From Eledone cirrhosa (Eukaryota), in assembly GCA_964016885.1 (NCBI GenBank), contig OZ024765.1, positions 23,622,001 through 23,686,000 of the forward strand: a DNA stretch of 64,000 nt. Direction: 5' to 3'. This document shows positions 1 to 15,000 of this stretch, piece by piece. The notes under the pieces are model-generated. The model was not told where the DNA came from and did not search any database. It worked only from the letters and a program-made list of their open reading frames with translations. Each line of letters begins with the position of its first letter. The stretch's first letter is position 1. A program made the position numbers and the translations under genes.

Positions 1-3000
1 GCACTATCATGGCACGAACATGAGTACTTTACAGTATGGACTGGGTACTATCATGGCACCAAAATGACTACTTTACTGTGTGGACTGGGTACTATCATGG
101 CACCAACATGACTACTTTACAGTGTGAACTGGGCACTATCATGGCACCAACATGACTACTTTACAGAGTGGGCTGGGCACTATCATGGCACGAACATGAG
201 TACTTTACAGTGTGGACTGGGTACTACCATGGCACCAACATGACTACTTTACAGTGTGAACTGGGTACTATCATGGCACCAACATGACTACTTTACAGTG
301 TGGGCTGGGCACTATCATGGCACCAACATGACAACTTTACAGTGTGGACTGGGCACTATCATGGCACCAACTTGACTACTTTACAGTGTGGACTGGGTAC
401 TATCATGGCACCAACATGACTACTTTACAGTGTGGGCTGGGCACTATCATGGCACCAACATGACTACTTTACAGTGTGGGCTGGGCACTATCATGGCACC
501 AACTTGACTACTTTACAGTGTGGACTGGGTACTATCATGGCACCAACATGACTACTTTACAATGTGCACTGGGTATTATCATAGCACCAACATGTCTACT
601 TTACAGTGTGGACTGGGTACTATCATGTCACCAACATGACTACTTTACAGTGTGGACTGGGCACTATCATGGCACCAACATGACTACTTTACAGTGTGGA
701 CTGGGTACTATCATGGCACGAACATGAGTACTTTACAGTGTGGACTGGGCACTATCATGGCACCAACATGACTACTTTACAGTGTGGACTGGGTACTATC
801 ATGGCACCAACATGACTACTTTACAGTGTGGACTGGGTACTATCATGGCACCAACAGGACTACTTTACAGTGTGGACTGGGTACTATCATGGCACCAACA
901 TGACTACTTTACAGTGTGGACTGGGTACTATCATGGCACCAACATGACTACTTTACAGTGTGGACTGGGTACTATCATGGCACCAACATGACTACTTTAC
1001 AGTGTGGACTGGGTACTATCATGGCACCAACATGACTACTTTACAGTGTGGACTGGGTACTATCATGGCACCAACATGACTACTTTACAGTGTGGGCTGG
1101 GCACTATCATGGCACCAACATGACTACTTTACAGTGTGAACTGGGCACTATCATGGCACCAACATGACTACTTTACAGTGTGGACTGGGTACTATCAGGG
1201 CACCAACATGACTACTTTACAGTGTGGACTGGGCACTATCATGGCACCAACATGACTACTTTACAGTGTGGACTGGGTACTATCATGGCACCAACATGAC
1301 TACTTTACAGTGTGGACTGGGCACTATCATGGCACCAACATGACTACTTTACAGTGTGGGCTGGGCACTACCATGGCGCCAAAATGACTACGTCACAGTG
1401 TGGGCTGGGCACTATCATGGCACCAACATGACAAATTTACAGTGTGGACTGGGTACTATCATGGCACCAACAGGACTACTTTACAGTGTGGACTGGGTAC
1501 TATCATATCACCAACATGACTACTTTACAGTGTGGACTGGGTACTATCATGGCACCAACATGACTACTTTACAGTGTGGACTGGGTACTATCATGGCACC
1601 AAAATGACAACTTTACACTGTGGACTGGGCACTATCATGGCACCAACATGACTACTTTACAGTGTGGACTGGGCACTATCATGGCACCAACATGACAACT
1701 TTACAGTGTGGACTGGGTACTATCATGGCACCAACATGACTACTTTACAGTGTGAACTGGGCACTATCATGGCACCAACATGACTACTTTACAGTGTGAA
1801 CTGGGCACTTTCATGGCACCAACATGACTACTTTACATTGTGGACTGGGTACTATCATGGCACCAACAGGACTACTTTACAGTGTGGACTGGGTACTATC
1901 ATGGCACCAACATGACTACTTTACAGTGTGAACTGGGCACTATCATGGCACCAACATGACTACTTTACATTGTGGACTGGGTACTATCATGGCACCAAAA
2001 TGACAACTTTACAGTGTGGACTGGATACTATCATGGCACCAACATGACTACTTTACAGTGTGGACTGGGTACTATCATGGCACCAACATGACTACTTTAC
2101 AGTGTGGACTGGGCACTATCATGGTACCAACATGACTACTTTACAGTGTGGACTAGGCACTATCATGGCACCAACATGACTACTTTACAGTGTGGACTGG
2201 GTACTATCATGGCTCCAACATGACTACTTTACAGTGTGGACTGGATACTATTTATTGTGGCACCAACATGACTACTTTACAGTGTGGACTGGGTATAATC
2301 ATGGCACCAACATGACTACATTACAGTGTGGACTGGGTACTATCATGGCACCAACATGTCTACTTTACAGTGTGGACTGGGTACTATCATGGCACCAACA
2401 TGTCTACTTTACAGTGTGGGCTGGGTACTATCATGGCACCAACAGGACTACTTTACAGTGTTGGCTGGGCACTATCATGGCACCAACATGACTACTTTAC
2501 AGTGTGGGCTGGGCACTATCATGGCACCAACATGACTACTTTACAGTGTGGACTGGGCACTATCATGGCACCAACATGACTACTTTACAGTGTGGACTGG
2601 GCACTATCACGGCACCAACATGACTACTTTACAGTGTAGACTGGGTACTATCATGGCACCAACATGACTACTTTACAGTGTGGACTGGGTACTATCATGT
2701 CACCAACATGACTACTTTACAGTGTGGACTGGGCACTATCATGTCAACAACATGACTACTTTACAGTGTAGACTGGGTACTATCATGGCACCAACATGAC
2801 AACTTTACAGTGTGGACTGGGTACTATCATGTCACCAACATGACTACTTTACAGTGTGGACTGGGCACTATCATGGCACCAACATGACTACTTTACAGTG
2901 TGGACTGGGTACTATCACGGCACCAACATGTCTACTTTACAGTGTGGACTGGGTACTATCATGGCACCAACATGACTACTTTACAGTGTGGGCTGGGTAC

Positions 3001-6000
3001 TATCATGGCACCAAAATGACAACTTTACACTGTGGACTGGGCACTATCATGGCACCAACAGGACTACTTTACAGTGTGGACTGGGTACTATCATGGCACC
3101 AACATGACTACTTTACAGTGTGGACTGGGTACTATTTATTGTGGCACCAACATGACTACTTTACAGTGTGGACTGGGTACTATCATGTCACCAACATGAC
3201 TACTTTACAGTGTGGACTGGGTACAATCATGGCACCAACATGACTACATTACAGTGTGGACTGGGTACTATCATGGCACCAACATGTCTACTTTACAGTG
3301 TGGACTGGGTACTATCATGGCACCAACATGACAACTTTACAGTGTGGGCTGGGTACTATCATGGCACCAACAGGACTACTTTACAGTGTTGGCTGGGCAC
3401 TATCATGGCACCAACATGACTACTTTACAGTGTGGACTGGGTACTATTTATTGTGGCACCAACATAACTACTTTACAGTGTGGACTGGGTACTATCATGT
3501 CACCAACATGACTGCTTTACAGTGTGGACTGGGTACTATCATGGCACCAACATGACTACTTTACAGTGTGGACTGGGCACTATCATGGCACCAACATGAC
3601 TACTTTACAGTGTGGGCTGGGCACTACCATGGCGCCAAAATGACTACGTCACAGTGTGGGCTGGGCACTATCATGGCACCAACATGACAAATTTACAGTG
3701 TGGACTGGGTACTATTATGGCACCAACATGACTACTTTACAGTGTGAACTGGTTACTATCATGGCACCAACATGACTACTTTTCAGTGTGGACTGGGTAC
3801 TATCATGGAACCAACATGACTACTTTACAGTGTGGACTGGGTACTATCATGGCACCAACATGTCTACTTTACAGTGTGGACTGGGTACTATCATGGCACC
3901 AACAGGACTACTTTACAGTGTGGACTGGGTACTATCATATCACCAACATGACTACTTTACAGTGTGGACTGGGTACTATCATGGCACCAACATGACTACT
4001 TTACAGTGTGGACTGGGTACTATCATGGCACCAAAATGACAACTTTACACTGTGGACTGGGCACTATCATGGCACCAACATGACTACTTTACAGTGTGGA
4101 CTGGGCACTATCATGGCACCAACATGACAACTTTACATTGTGGACTGGGTACTATCATGGCACCAACAGGACTACTTTACAGTGTGGACTGGGTACTATC
4201 ATGGCACCAACATGACTACTTTACAGTGTGAACTGGGCACTATCATGGCACCAACATGACTACTTTACATTGTGGACTGGGTACTATCATGGCACCAAAA
4301 TGACAACTTTACAGTGTGGACTGGATACTATCATGGCACCAACATGACTACTTTACAGTGTGGACTGGGTACTATCATGGCACCAACATGACTACTTTAC
4401 AGTGTGGACTGGGCACTATCATGGTACCAACATGACTACTTTACAGTGTGGACTAGGCACTATCATGGCACCAACATGACTACTTTACAGTGTGGACTGG
4501 GTACTATCATGGCTCCAACATGACTACTTTACAGTGTGGACTGGATACTATTTATTGTGGCACCAACATGACTACTTTACAGTGTGGACTGGGTACAATC
4601 ATGGCACCAACATGACTACATTACAGTGTGGACTGGGTACTATCATGGCACCAACATGTCTACTTTACAGTGTGGACTGGGTACTATCATGGCACCAACA
4701 TGTCTACTTTACAGTGTGGGCTGGGTACTATCATGGCACCAACAGGACTACTTTACAGTGTTGGCTGGGCACTATCATGGCACCAACATGACTACTTTAC
4801 AGTGTGGGCTGGGCACTATCATGGCACCAACATGACTACTTTACAGTGTGGACTGGGCACTATCATGGCACCAACATGACTACTTTACAGTGTGGACTGG
4901 GCACTATCACGGCACCAACATGACTACTTTACAGTGTAGACTGGGTACTATCATGGCACCAACATGACTACTTTACAGTGTGGACTGGGTACTATCATGT
5001 CACCAACATGACTACTTTACAGTGTGGACTGGGCACTATCATGTCAACAACATGACTACTTTACAGTGTAGACTGGGTACTATCATGGCACCAACATGAC
5101 AACTTTACAGTGTGGACTGGGTACTATCATGGCACCAACATGACTACTTTACAGTGTGGACTGGGCACTATCATGGCACCAACATGACTACTTTACAGTG
5201 TGGACTGGGTACTATCACGGCACCAACATGTCTACTTCACAGTGTGGACTGGGTACTATCATGGCACCAACATGACTACTTTACAGTGTGGGCTGGGTAC
5301 TATCATGGCACCAAAATGACAACTTTACACTGTGGACTGGGCACTATCATGGCACCAACAGGACTACTTTACAGTGTGGACTGGGTACTATCATGGCACC
5401 AACATGACTACTTTACAGTGTGGACTGGGTACTATTTATTGTGGCACCAACATGACTACTTTACAGTGTGGACTGGGTACTATCATGTCACCAACATGAC
5501 TACTTTACAGTGTGGACTGGGTACAATCATGGCACCAACATGACTACATTACAGTGTGGACTGGGTACTATCATGGCACCAACATGTCTACTTTACAGTG
5601 TGGACTGGGTACTATCATGGCACCAACATGACTACTTTACAGTGTGGGCTGGGTACTATCATGGCACCAACAGGACTACTTTACAGTGTTGGCTGGGCAC
5701 TATCATGGCACCAACATGACTACTTTACAGTGTGGACTGGGTACTATTTATTGTGGCACCAACATAACTACTTTACAGTGTGGACTGGGTACTATCATGT
5801 CACCAACATGACTGCTTTACAGTGTGGACTGGGTACTATCATGGCACCAACATGACTACTTTACAGTGTGGACTGGGCACTATCATGGCACCAACATGAC
5901 TACTTTACAGTGTGGGCTGGGCACTACCATGGCGCCAAAATGACTACGTCACAGTGTGGGCTGGGCACTATCATGGCACCAACATGACAAATTTACAGTG

Positions 6001-9000
6001 TGGACTGGGTACTATTATGGCACCAACATGACTACTTTACAGTGTGAACTGGTTACTATCATGGCACCAACATGACTACTTTTCAGTGTGGACTGGGTAC
6101 TATCATGGAACCAACATGACTACTTTACAGTGTGGACTGGGTACTATCATGGCACCAACATGTCTACTTTACAGTGTGGACTGGGTACTATCATGGCACC
6201 AACAGGACTACTTTACAGTGTGGACTGGGTACTATCATATCACCAACATGACTACTTTACAGTGTGGACTGGGTACTATCATGGCACCAACATGACTACT
6301 TTACAGTGTGGACTGGGTACTATCATGGCACCAAAATGACAACTTTACACTGTGGACTGGGCACTATCATGGCACCAACATGACTACTTTACAGTGTGGA
6401 CTGGGCACTATCATGGCACCAACATGACAACTTTACAGTGTGGACTGGGTACTATCATGGCACCAACATGACTACTTTACAGTGTGAACTGGGCACTATC
6501 ATGGCACCAACATGACTACTTTACAGTGTGAACTGGGCACTTTCATGGCACCAACATGACTACTTTACATTGTGGACTGGGTACTATCATGGCACCAACA
6601 GGACTACTTTACAGTGTGGACTGGGTACTATCATGGCACCAACATGACTACTTTACAGTGTGAACTGGGCACTATCATGGCACCAACATGACTACTTTAC
6701 ATTGTGGACTGGGTACTATCATGGCACCAAAATGACAACTTTACAGTGTGGACTGGATACTATCATGGCACCAACATGACTACTTTACAGTGTGGACTGG
6801 GTACTATCATGGCACCAACATGACTACTTTACAGTGTGGACTGGGCACTATCATGGTACCAACATGACTACTTTACAGTGTGGACTAGGCACTATCATGG
6901 CACCAACATGACTACTTTACAGTGTGGACTGGGTACTATCATGGCTCCAACATGACTACTTTACAGTGTGGACTGGATACTATTTATTGTGGCACCAACA
7001 TGACTACTTTACAGTGTGGACTGGGTACAATCATGGCACCAACATGACTACATTACAGTGTGGACTGGGTACTATCATGGCACCAACATGTCTACTTTAC
7101 AGTGTGGACTGGGTACTATCATGGCACCAACATGTCTACTTTACAGTGTGGGCTGGGTACTATCATGGCACCAACAGGACTACTTTACAGTGTTGGCTGG
7201 GCACTATCATGGCACCAACATGACTACTTTACAGTGTGGGCTGGGCACTATCATGGCACCAACATGACTACTTTACAGTGTGGACTGGGCACTATCATGG
7301 CACCAACATGACTACTTTACAGTGTGGACTGGGCACTATCACGGCACCAAAATGACTACTTTACAGTGTAGACTGGGTACTATCATGGCACCAACATGAC
7401 TACTTTACAGTGTGGACTGGGTACTATCATGTCACCAACATGACTACTTTACAGTGTGGACTGGGCACTATCATGTCAACAACATGACTACTTTACAGTG
7501 TAGACTGGGTACTATCATGGCACCAACATGACCACTTTACAGTGTGGACTGGGTACTATCATGGCACCAACATGACTACTTTACAGTGTGGACTGGGCAC
7601 TATCATGGCACCAACATGACTACTTTACAGTGTGGACTGGGTACTATCACGGCACCAACATGTCTACTTTACAGTGTGGACTGGGTACTATCATGGCACC
7701 AACATGACTACTTTACAGTGTGGGCTGGGTACTCTCATGGCACCAAAATGAAAACTTTACACTGTGGACTGGGCACTATCATGGCACCAACAGGACTACT
7801 TTACAGTGTGGACTGGGTACTATCATGGCACCAACATGACTACTTTACAGGGTGGACTGGGTACTATTTATTGTGGCACCAACATGACTACTTTACAGTG
7901 TGGACTGGGTACTATCATGTCACCAACATGACTACTTTACAGTGTGGACTGGGTACAATCATGGCACCAACATGACTACATTACAGTGTGGACTGGGTAC
8001 TATCATGGCACCAACATGTCTACTTTACAGTGTGGACTGGGTACTATCATGGCACCAACATGACTACTTTACAGTGTGGGCTGGGTACTATCATGGCACC
8101 AACAGGACTACTTTACAGTGTTGGCTGGGCACTATCATGGCACCAACATGACTACTTTACAGTGTGGGCTGGGCACTATCATGGCACCAACATGACTACT
8201 TTACAGTGTGGACTGGGCACTATCACGGCACCAACATGACTACTTTACAGTGTGGACTGGGTACTATCATGGCACCAACATGACTACTTTACAGTGTGGG
8301 CTGGGCACTATCATGGCACCAACATGACAACTTTACAGTGTGGACTGGGTACTATCATGTCAAAAACATGACTACTTTACAGTGTGGACTGGGCACTATC
8401 ATGGTACCAACATGACTACTTTACAGTGTGGACTGGGCACTATCATGGCACCAACATGACTACTTTACAGTGTGGACTGGGTACTATCATGGCTCCAACA
8501 TGACTACTTTACAGTGTGGACTGGGTACTATTTATTGTGGCACCAACATGACTACCTTACAGTGTGCACTGGGTACTATCATGGCACCAACATGACTACT
8601 TTACAGAGTGGACTGGGTACTATCATGTCACCAACATGACTACTTTACAGTGTGGACTGGGCACTATCATGGCACCAAAATGACAACTTTACAGTGTGGA
8701 CTGGGCACTATCATGGCACCAACATGACTACTTTACAGAGTGGACTGGGTACTATCATGTCACCAACATGACTACTTTACAGTGTGGACTGGGCACTATC
8801 ACGGCACCAACATGACTACTTTACAGTGTGGACTGGGTACTATCATGGCACCAACATGACTACTTTACAGTGTGGACTGGGTACTATCATGGCACCAAAA
8901 TGACAACTTTACAGTGTGGACTGGGCACTACCATGGCACCAACATGACTACTTTACAGTGTGGACTGGGCACTATCATGGCACCAACATGACTACTTTAC

Positions 9001-12000
9001 AGTGTGGACTGGGTACTATCATGGCACCAACAGGACTACTTTACAGTGTGGACTGGGTACTATCATGGCACCAACATGACTACTTTACAGTGTTGGCTGG
9101 GCACTATCATGGCACCAACATGACTACTTTACAGTGTGGACTGGGTACTATCATGGCACCAACATGACTACTTTACAGTGTGGACTGGGTACTATTTATT
9201 GTGGCACCAACATGACTACTTTACAGTGTGGACTGGGTACTATCATGTCACCAACATGACTACTTTACAGTGTGGACTGGGTACTATAATGGCACCAACA
9301 TGACTACTTTACAGTGTGGACTGGGTACTATCATGGCACCAACATGACTACTTTTCAGTGTGAACTGGTTACTATCATGGCACCAACATGACTACTTTTC
9401 AGTGTGGACTGGGTACTATCATCGCACCAACATGACTACTTTACAGTGTGAACTGGTTACTATCATGGCACCAACATGACTACTTTTCAGTGTGAACTGG
9501 GTACTATCATGGCACCAACATGACTACTTTTCAGTGTGAACTGGGTACTATCATGGCACCAACATGACTACTTTTCAGTGTGGACTGGGTACTATCATCG
9601 CACCAACATGATTACTTTACAGTGTGGACTGGGTACTATCATGGCACGAACATGACTACTCTACAGTGTGAACTGGTTACTATCCTGGCACGAACATGAC
9701 TACTTTACGGTGTGAACTGGGTACTATCATGACACCAACATGTCTACTTTACAGTGTGGACTGGGTACTATCATGGCACCAACATGACTACTTTACAGTG
9801 TGAACTGGGTACTAATTATTGTGGCACCAAAATGACTACTTTACAGTGTGGACTGGGTACTATTTATTGTGGCACCAAAATGACTACTTTACAGTGTGGA
9901 CTGGGCACTATCATGGCACCAAAATGACTACTTTACAGTGTGGACTGGGTACTATTTATTGTGGCACCAAAATGACTACTTTACAGTGTGGACTGGGCAC
10001 CATCATGGCACCAACATGACTACTTTACTGTGTGGACTGGCTACTATCATGACACCAACATGTCTACTTTACAGTGTGGACTGGGTACTATCATGGCACC
10101 AACATGACTACTCTACAGTGTGAACTGGGTACTATTTATTGTGGCACCAAAATGACTACTTTACAGTGTGGACTGGGTACTATTTATTGTGGCACCAAAA
10201 TGACTACTTTACAGTGTGGACTGGGCACTATCATGGCACCAAAATGACTACTTTACTGTGTGGACTGGATACTATCATATCACCAAAATGACAACTTTAC
10301 AGTGTGGACTGGGGACTATCATGGCACCAACATGACTACTTTACTGTGTGGACTGGGCACTATCATGGCACCAACATGACTACTTTACAGTGTGGACTGG
10401 GTACTATCATGTCACCATCATGACTACTTTACAGTGTGGACTGGGTACTATCATGGCACCAACATGACTACTTTACAGTGTGGACTGGGTACTATGATGG
10501 CACCAACATGACTACTTTTCAGTGTGAACTGGTTACTATCATGGCACCAACATGACTACTTTTCAGTGTGGACTGGGTGCTATCATCGCACCAACATGAC
10601 TACTTTACAGTGTGAACTGGTTACTATCCTGGCACGAACATGACTACTTTACGGTGTGAACTGGGTACTATCATGACACCAACATGTCTACTTTACAGTG
10701 TGGACTGGGTACTATCATGGCACGAACATGACTACTTTACAGTGTGAACTGGGTACTATTTATTGTGGCACCAAAATGACTACTTTACAGTGTGGACTGG
10801 GTACTATTTATTGTGGCACCAAAATGACTACTTTACAGTGTGGACTGGGCACCATCATGGCACCAACATGACTACGTTACTGTGTGGACTGGGTACTATC
10901 ATGACACCAACATGTCTACTTTACAGTGTAGACTGGGTACTATCATGGCACCAACATGACTACTTTACAGTGTGAACTGGGTACTATTTATTGTGGCACC
11001 AAAATGAATACTTTACAGTGTGGACTGGGTACTATCATGGCACCAACATGTCTACTTTACAGTGTGGACTGGGTACTATCATGTCAACAACATGACTACT
11101 TTACAGTGTGGGCTGGGCACTATCATGGCACCAACATGACTAATTTACAGTGTGGGCTGGGCACTATCATGGCACCAACATGACAACTTTACAGTGTGGA
11201 CTGGGCACTATCATGGCACCAACTTGACTACTTTACAGTGTGGACTGGGTACTATCATGGCACCAACATGACTACTTTACAGTGTGCACTGGGAACTATC
11301 ATGGCACCAACATGACTACTTTACAGTGTGGACTGGGCACTATCACGGCACCAACATGTCTACTTTACAGTGTGGACTGGGTACTATCATGGCACCAACA
11401 TGACTACTTTACAGTGTGGGCTGGGTACTATCATGGCACCAAAATGACAACTTTACACTGTGGACTGGGCACTATCATGGCACCAACAGGACTACTTTAC
11501 AGTGTGGACTGGGTACTATCATGGCACCAACAGGACTACTTTACAGTGTTGGCTGGGCACTATCATGGCACCAACATGACTACTTTACAGTGTGGGCTGG
11601 GCACTATCATGGCACCAACATGACTACTTTACAGTGTGGACTGGGCACTATCACGGCACCAATATGACTACTTTACAGTGTGGACTGGGTACTATCATGG
11701 CACCAACATGACTACTTTACAGTGTGGGCTAGGCACTATCATGGCACCAACATGACAACTTTACAGTGTGGACTGGGTACTATCATGTCAACAACATGAC
11801 TACTTTACAGTGTGGACTGGATACTATCATGGTACCAACATGACTACTTTACAGTGTGGACTGGGTACTATCATGGCACCAACATGATTACTTTACAGTG
11901 TGGACTGGGCACTATCATGGTACCAACATGACTACTTTACAGTGTGGACTGGGCACTATCATGGCACCAACATGACTACTTTACAGTGTGGACTGGGTAC

Positions 12001-15000
12001 TATCATGGCTCCAACATGACTACTTTACAGTGTGGACTGGGTACTATTTATTGTGGCACCAACATGACAACTTTACAGTGTGGACTGGGTACTATCATGT
12101 CAACAACATGACTACTTTACAGTGTGGACTGGGTACTATCATTACAACAACATGACTACTTTACAGTGTGGACTGGGTACTATCATGGCACCAACTTGAC
12201 TACTTTACAGTGTGGACTGGGTACTATCATGGCACCAACATGACTACTTTACAGTGTGGACTGGGTACTATCATGTCACCAACATGACTACTTTACAGTG
12301 TGCACTGGGTACTATCATGGCACCAACATGACTACTTTACAGAGTGGACTGGGTACTATCATGTCACCAACATGACTACTTTACAGTGTGGACTGGGCAC
12401 TATCACGGCACCAACATGACTACTTTACAGTGTGGACTGGGTACTATCATGGCACCAACATGACTACTTTACAGTGTGGACTGGGTACTATCATGGCACC
12501 AAAATGACAACTTTACACTGTGGACTGGGCACTACCATGGCACCAACATGACTACTTTACAGTGTGGACTGGGCACTATCATGGCACCAACATGACTACT
12601 TTACAGTGTGGACTGGGTACTATCATGGCACCAACAGGACTACTTTACAGTGTGGACTGGGTACTATCATGGCACCAACATGACTACTTTACAGTGTTGG
12701 CTGGGCACTATCATGGCACCAACATGACTACTTTACAGTGTGAACTGGGCACTATCATGGCACCAACATGACTACTTTAGAGTGTGGACTGGGTACTATC
12801 ATGGCACCAACATGACTACTTTACAGTGTGGACTGGGCACTATCATGGCACCAACATGACTACTTTACAGTGTGGGCTGGGCACTATCATGGCACCAACA
12901 TGACAACTTTACAGTGTGGACTGGGCACTATCATGGCACCAACTTGACTACTTTACAGTGTGGACTGGGTACTATCATGGCACCAACATGACTACTTTAC
13001 AGTGTGCACTGGGTACTATCATGGCACCAACATGACTACTTTACAGTGTGGACTGGGTACTATCATGTCACCAACATGACTACTTTACAGTGTGGACTGG
13101 GCACTATCACGGCACCAACATGACTACTTTACAGTGTGGACTGGGTACTATCATGGCACCAAAATGTCTACTTTACAGTGTGGGCTGGGTACTATCATGG
13201 CACCAAAATGACAACTTTACACTGTGGACTGGGCACTATCATGGCACCAACATGACTAATTTACAGTGTGGACAGGGCACTATCATGGCACCAACATGAC
13301 AACTTTACAGTGTGGACTAGGTACTATCATGGCTCCAACATGACTACTTTTCAGTGTGAACTGGTTACTATCATGGCACCAACATGACTACTTTTCAGTG
13401 TGGACTGGGTACTATCATCGCACCAACATGATTACTTTACAGTGTGGGCTGGTTACTATCATGGCACGAACATGACTACTCTACAGTGTGAACTGGTTAC
13501 TATCCTGGCATGAACATGACTACTTTACGGTGTGAACTGGGTACTATCATGACACCAACATGTCTACTTTACAGTGTGGACTGGGTACTATCATGGCACC
13601 AACATGACTACTTTACAGTGTGAACTGGGTACTATTTATTGTGGCACCAAAATGACTACTTTACAGTGTGGACTGGGTACTATTTATTGTGGCACCAAAA
13701 TGACTACTTTACAGTGTGGACTGGGTACTATCATGGCACCAACATGTCTACTTTACAATGTGGACTGGGTACTATCATGGCACCAACATGACTACTTTAC
13801 AGTGTGGGCTGGGCACTATCATGGCACCAATATGACTACTTTACAGTGTGGGCTGGGCACTATCATGGCACCAACATGACAACTTTACAGTGTGGACTGG
13901 GCACTATCATGGCACCAACTTGACTACTTTACAGTGTGGACTGGGTACTATCATGGCACCAACATGACTACTTTACAGTGTGCACTGGGTACTATCATGG
14001 CACCAACATGACTACTTTACAGTGTGGACTGGGTACTATCATGTCACCAACATGACTACTTTACAGTGTGGACTGGGCACTATCACGGCACCAACATGAC
14101 TACTTTACAGTGTGGACTGGGTACTATCATGGCACCAACATGACTACTTTACAGTGTGGGCTGGGTACTATCATGGCACCAAAATGACAACTTTACACTG
14201 TGGACTGGGCACTATCATGGCACCAACATGACAACTTTACAGTGTGAACTCGGTACTATCATGTCAACAACATGACTACTTTACAGTGTGGACTGGGTAC
14301 TATCATGGTACCAACATGACTACTTTACAGTGTGGACTAGGCACTATCATGGCACCAACATGACTACTTTACAGTGTGGACTGGGTACTATCATGGCTCC
14401 AACATGACTACTTTACAGTGTGGACTGGGTACTATTTATTGTGGCACCAACATGACTACTTTACAGTGTGGACTGGGTACTATCATGGCACCAACATGTC
14501 TACTTTACAGTGTGGACTGGGTACTATCATGTCAACAACATGACTACTTTACAGTGTGGGCTGGGCACTATCATGGCACCAACATGACTAATTTACAGTG
14601 TGGGCTGGGCACTATCATGGCACCAACATGACAACTTTACAGTGTGGACTAGGCACTATCATGGCACCAACTTGACTACTTTGCAGTGTGGACTGGGTAC
14701 TATCATGGCACCAACATGACTACTTTACAGTGTGCACTGGGTACTATCATGGCACCAACATGACTACTTTACAGTGTGGACTGGGTACTATCATGTCACC
14801 AACATGACTACTTTACAGTGTGGACTGGGCACTATCATGGCACCAACATGTCTACTTTACAGTGTGGACTGGTTACTATCATGGCACCAACATGACTACT
14901 TTACAGTGTGGGCTGGGTACTATCATGGCACCAAAATGACAACTTTACACTGTGGACTGGGCACTATCATGGCACCAACAGGACTACTTTACAGTGTGGA

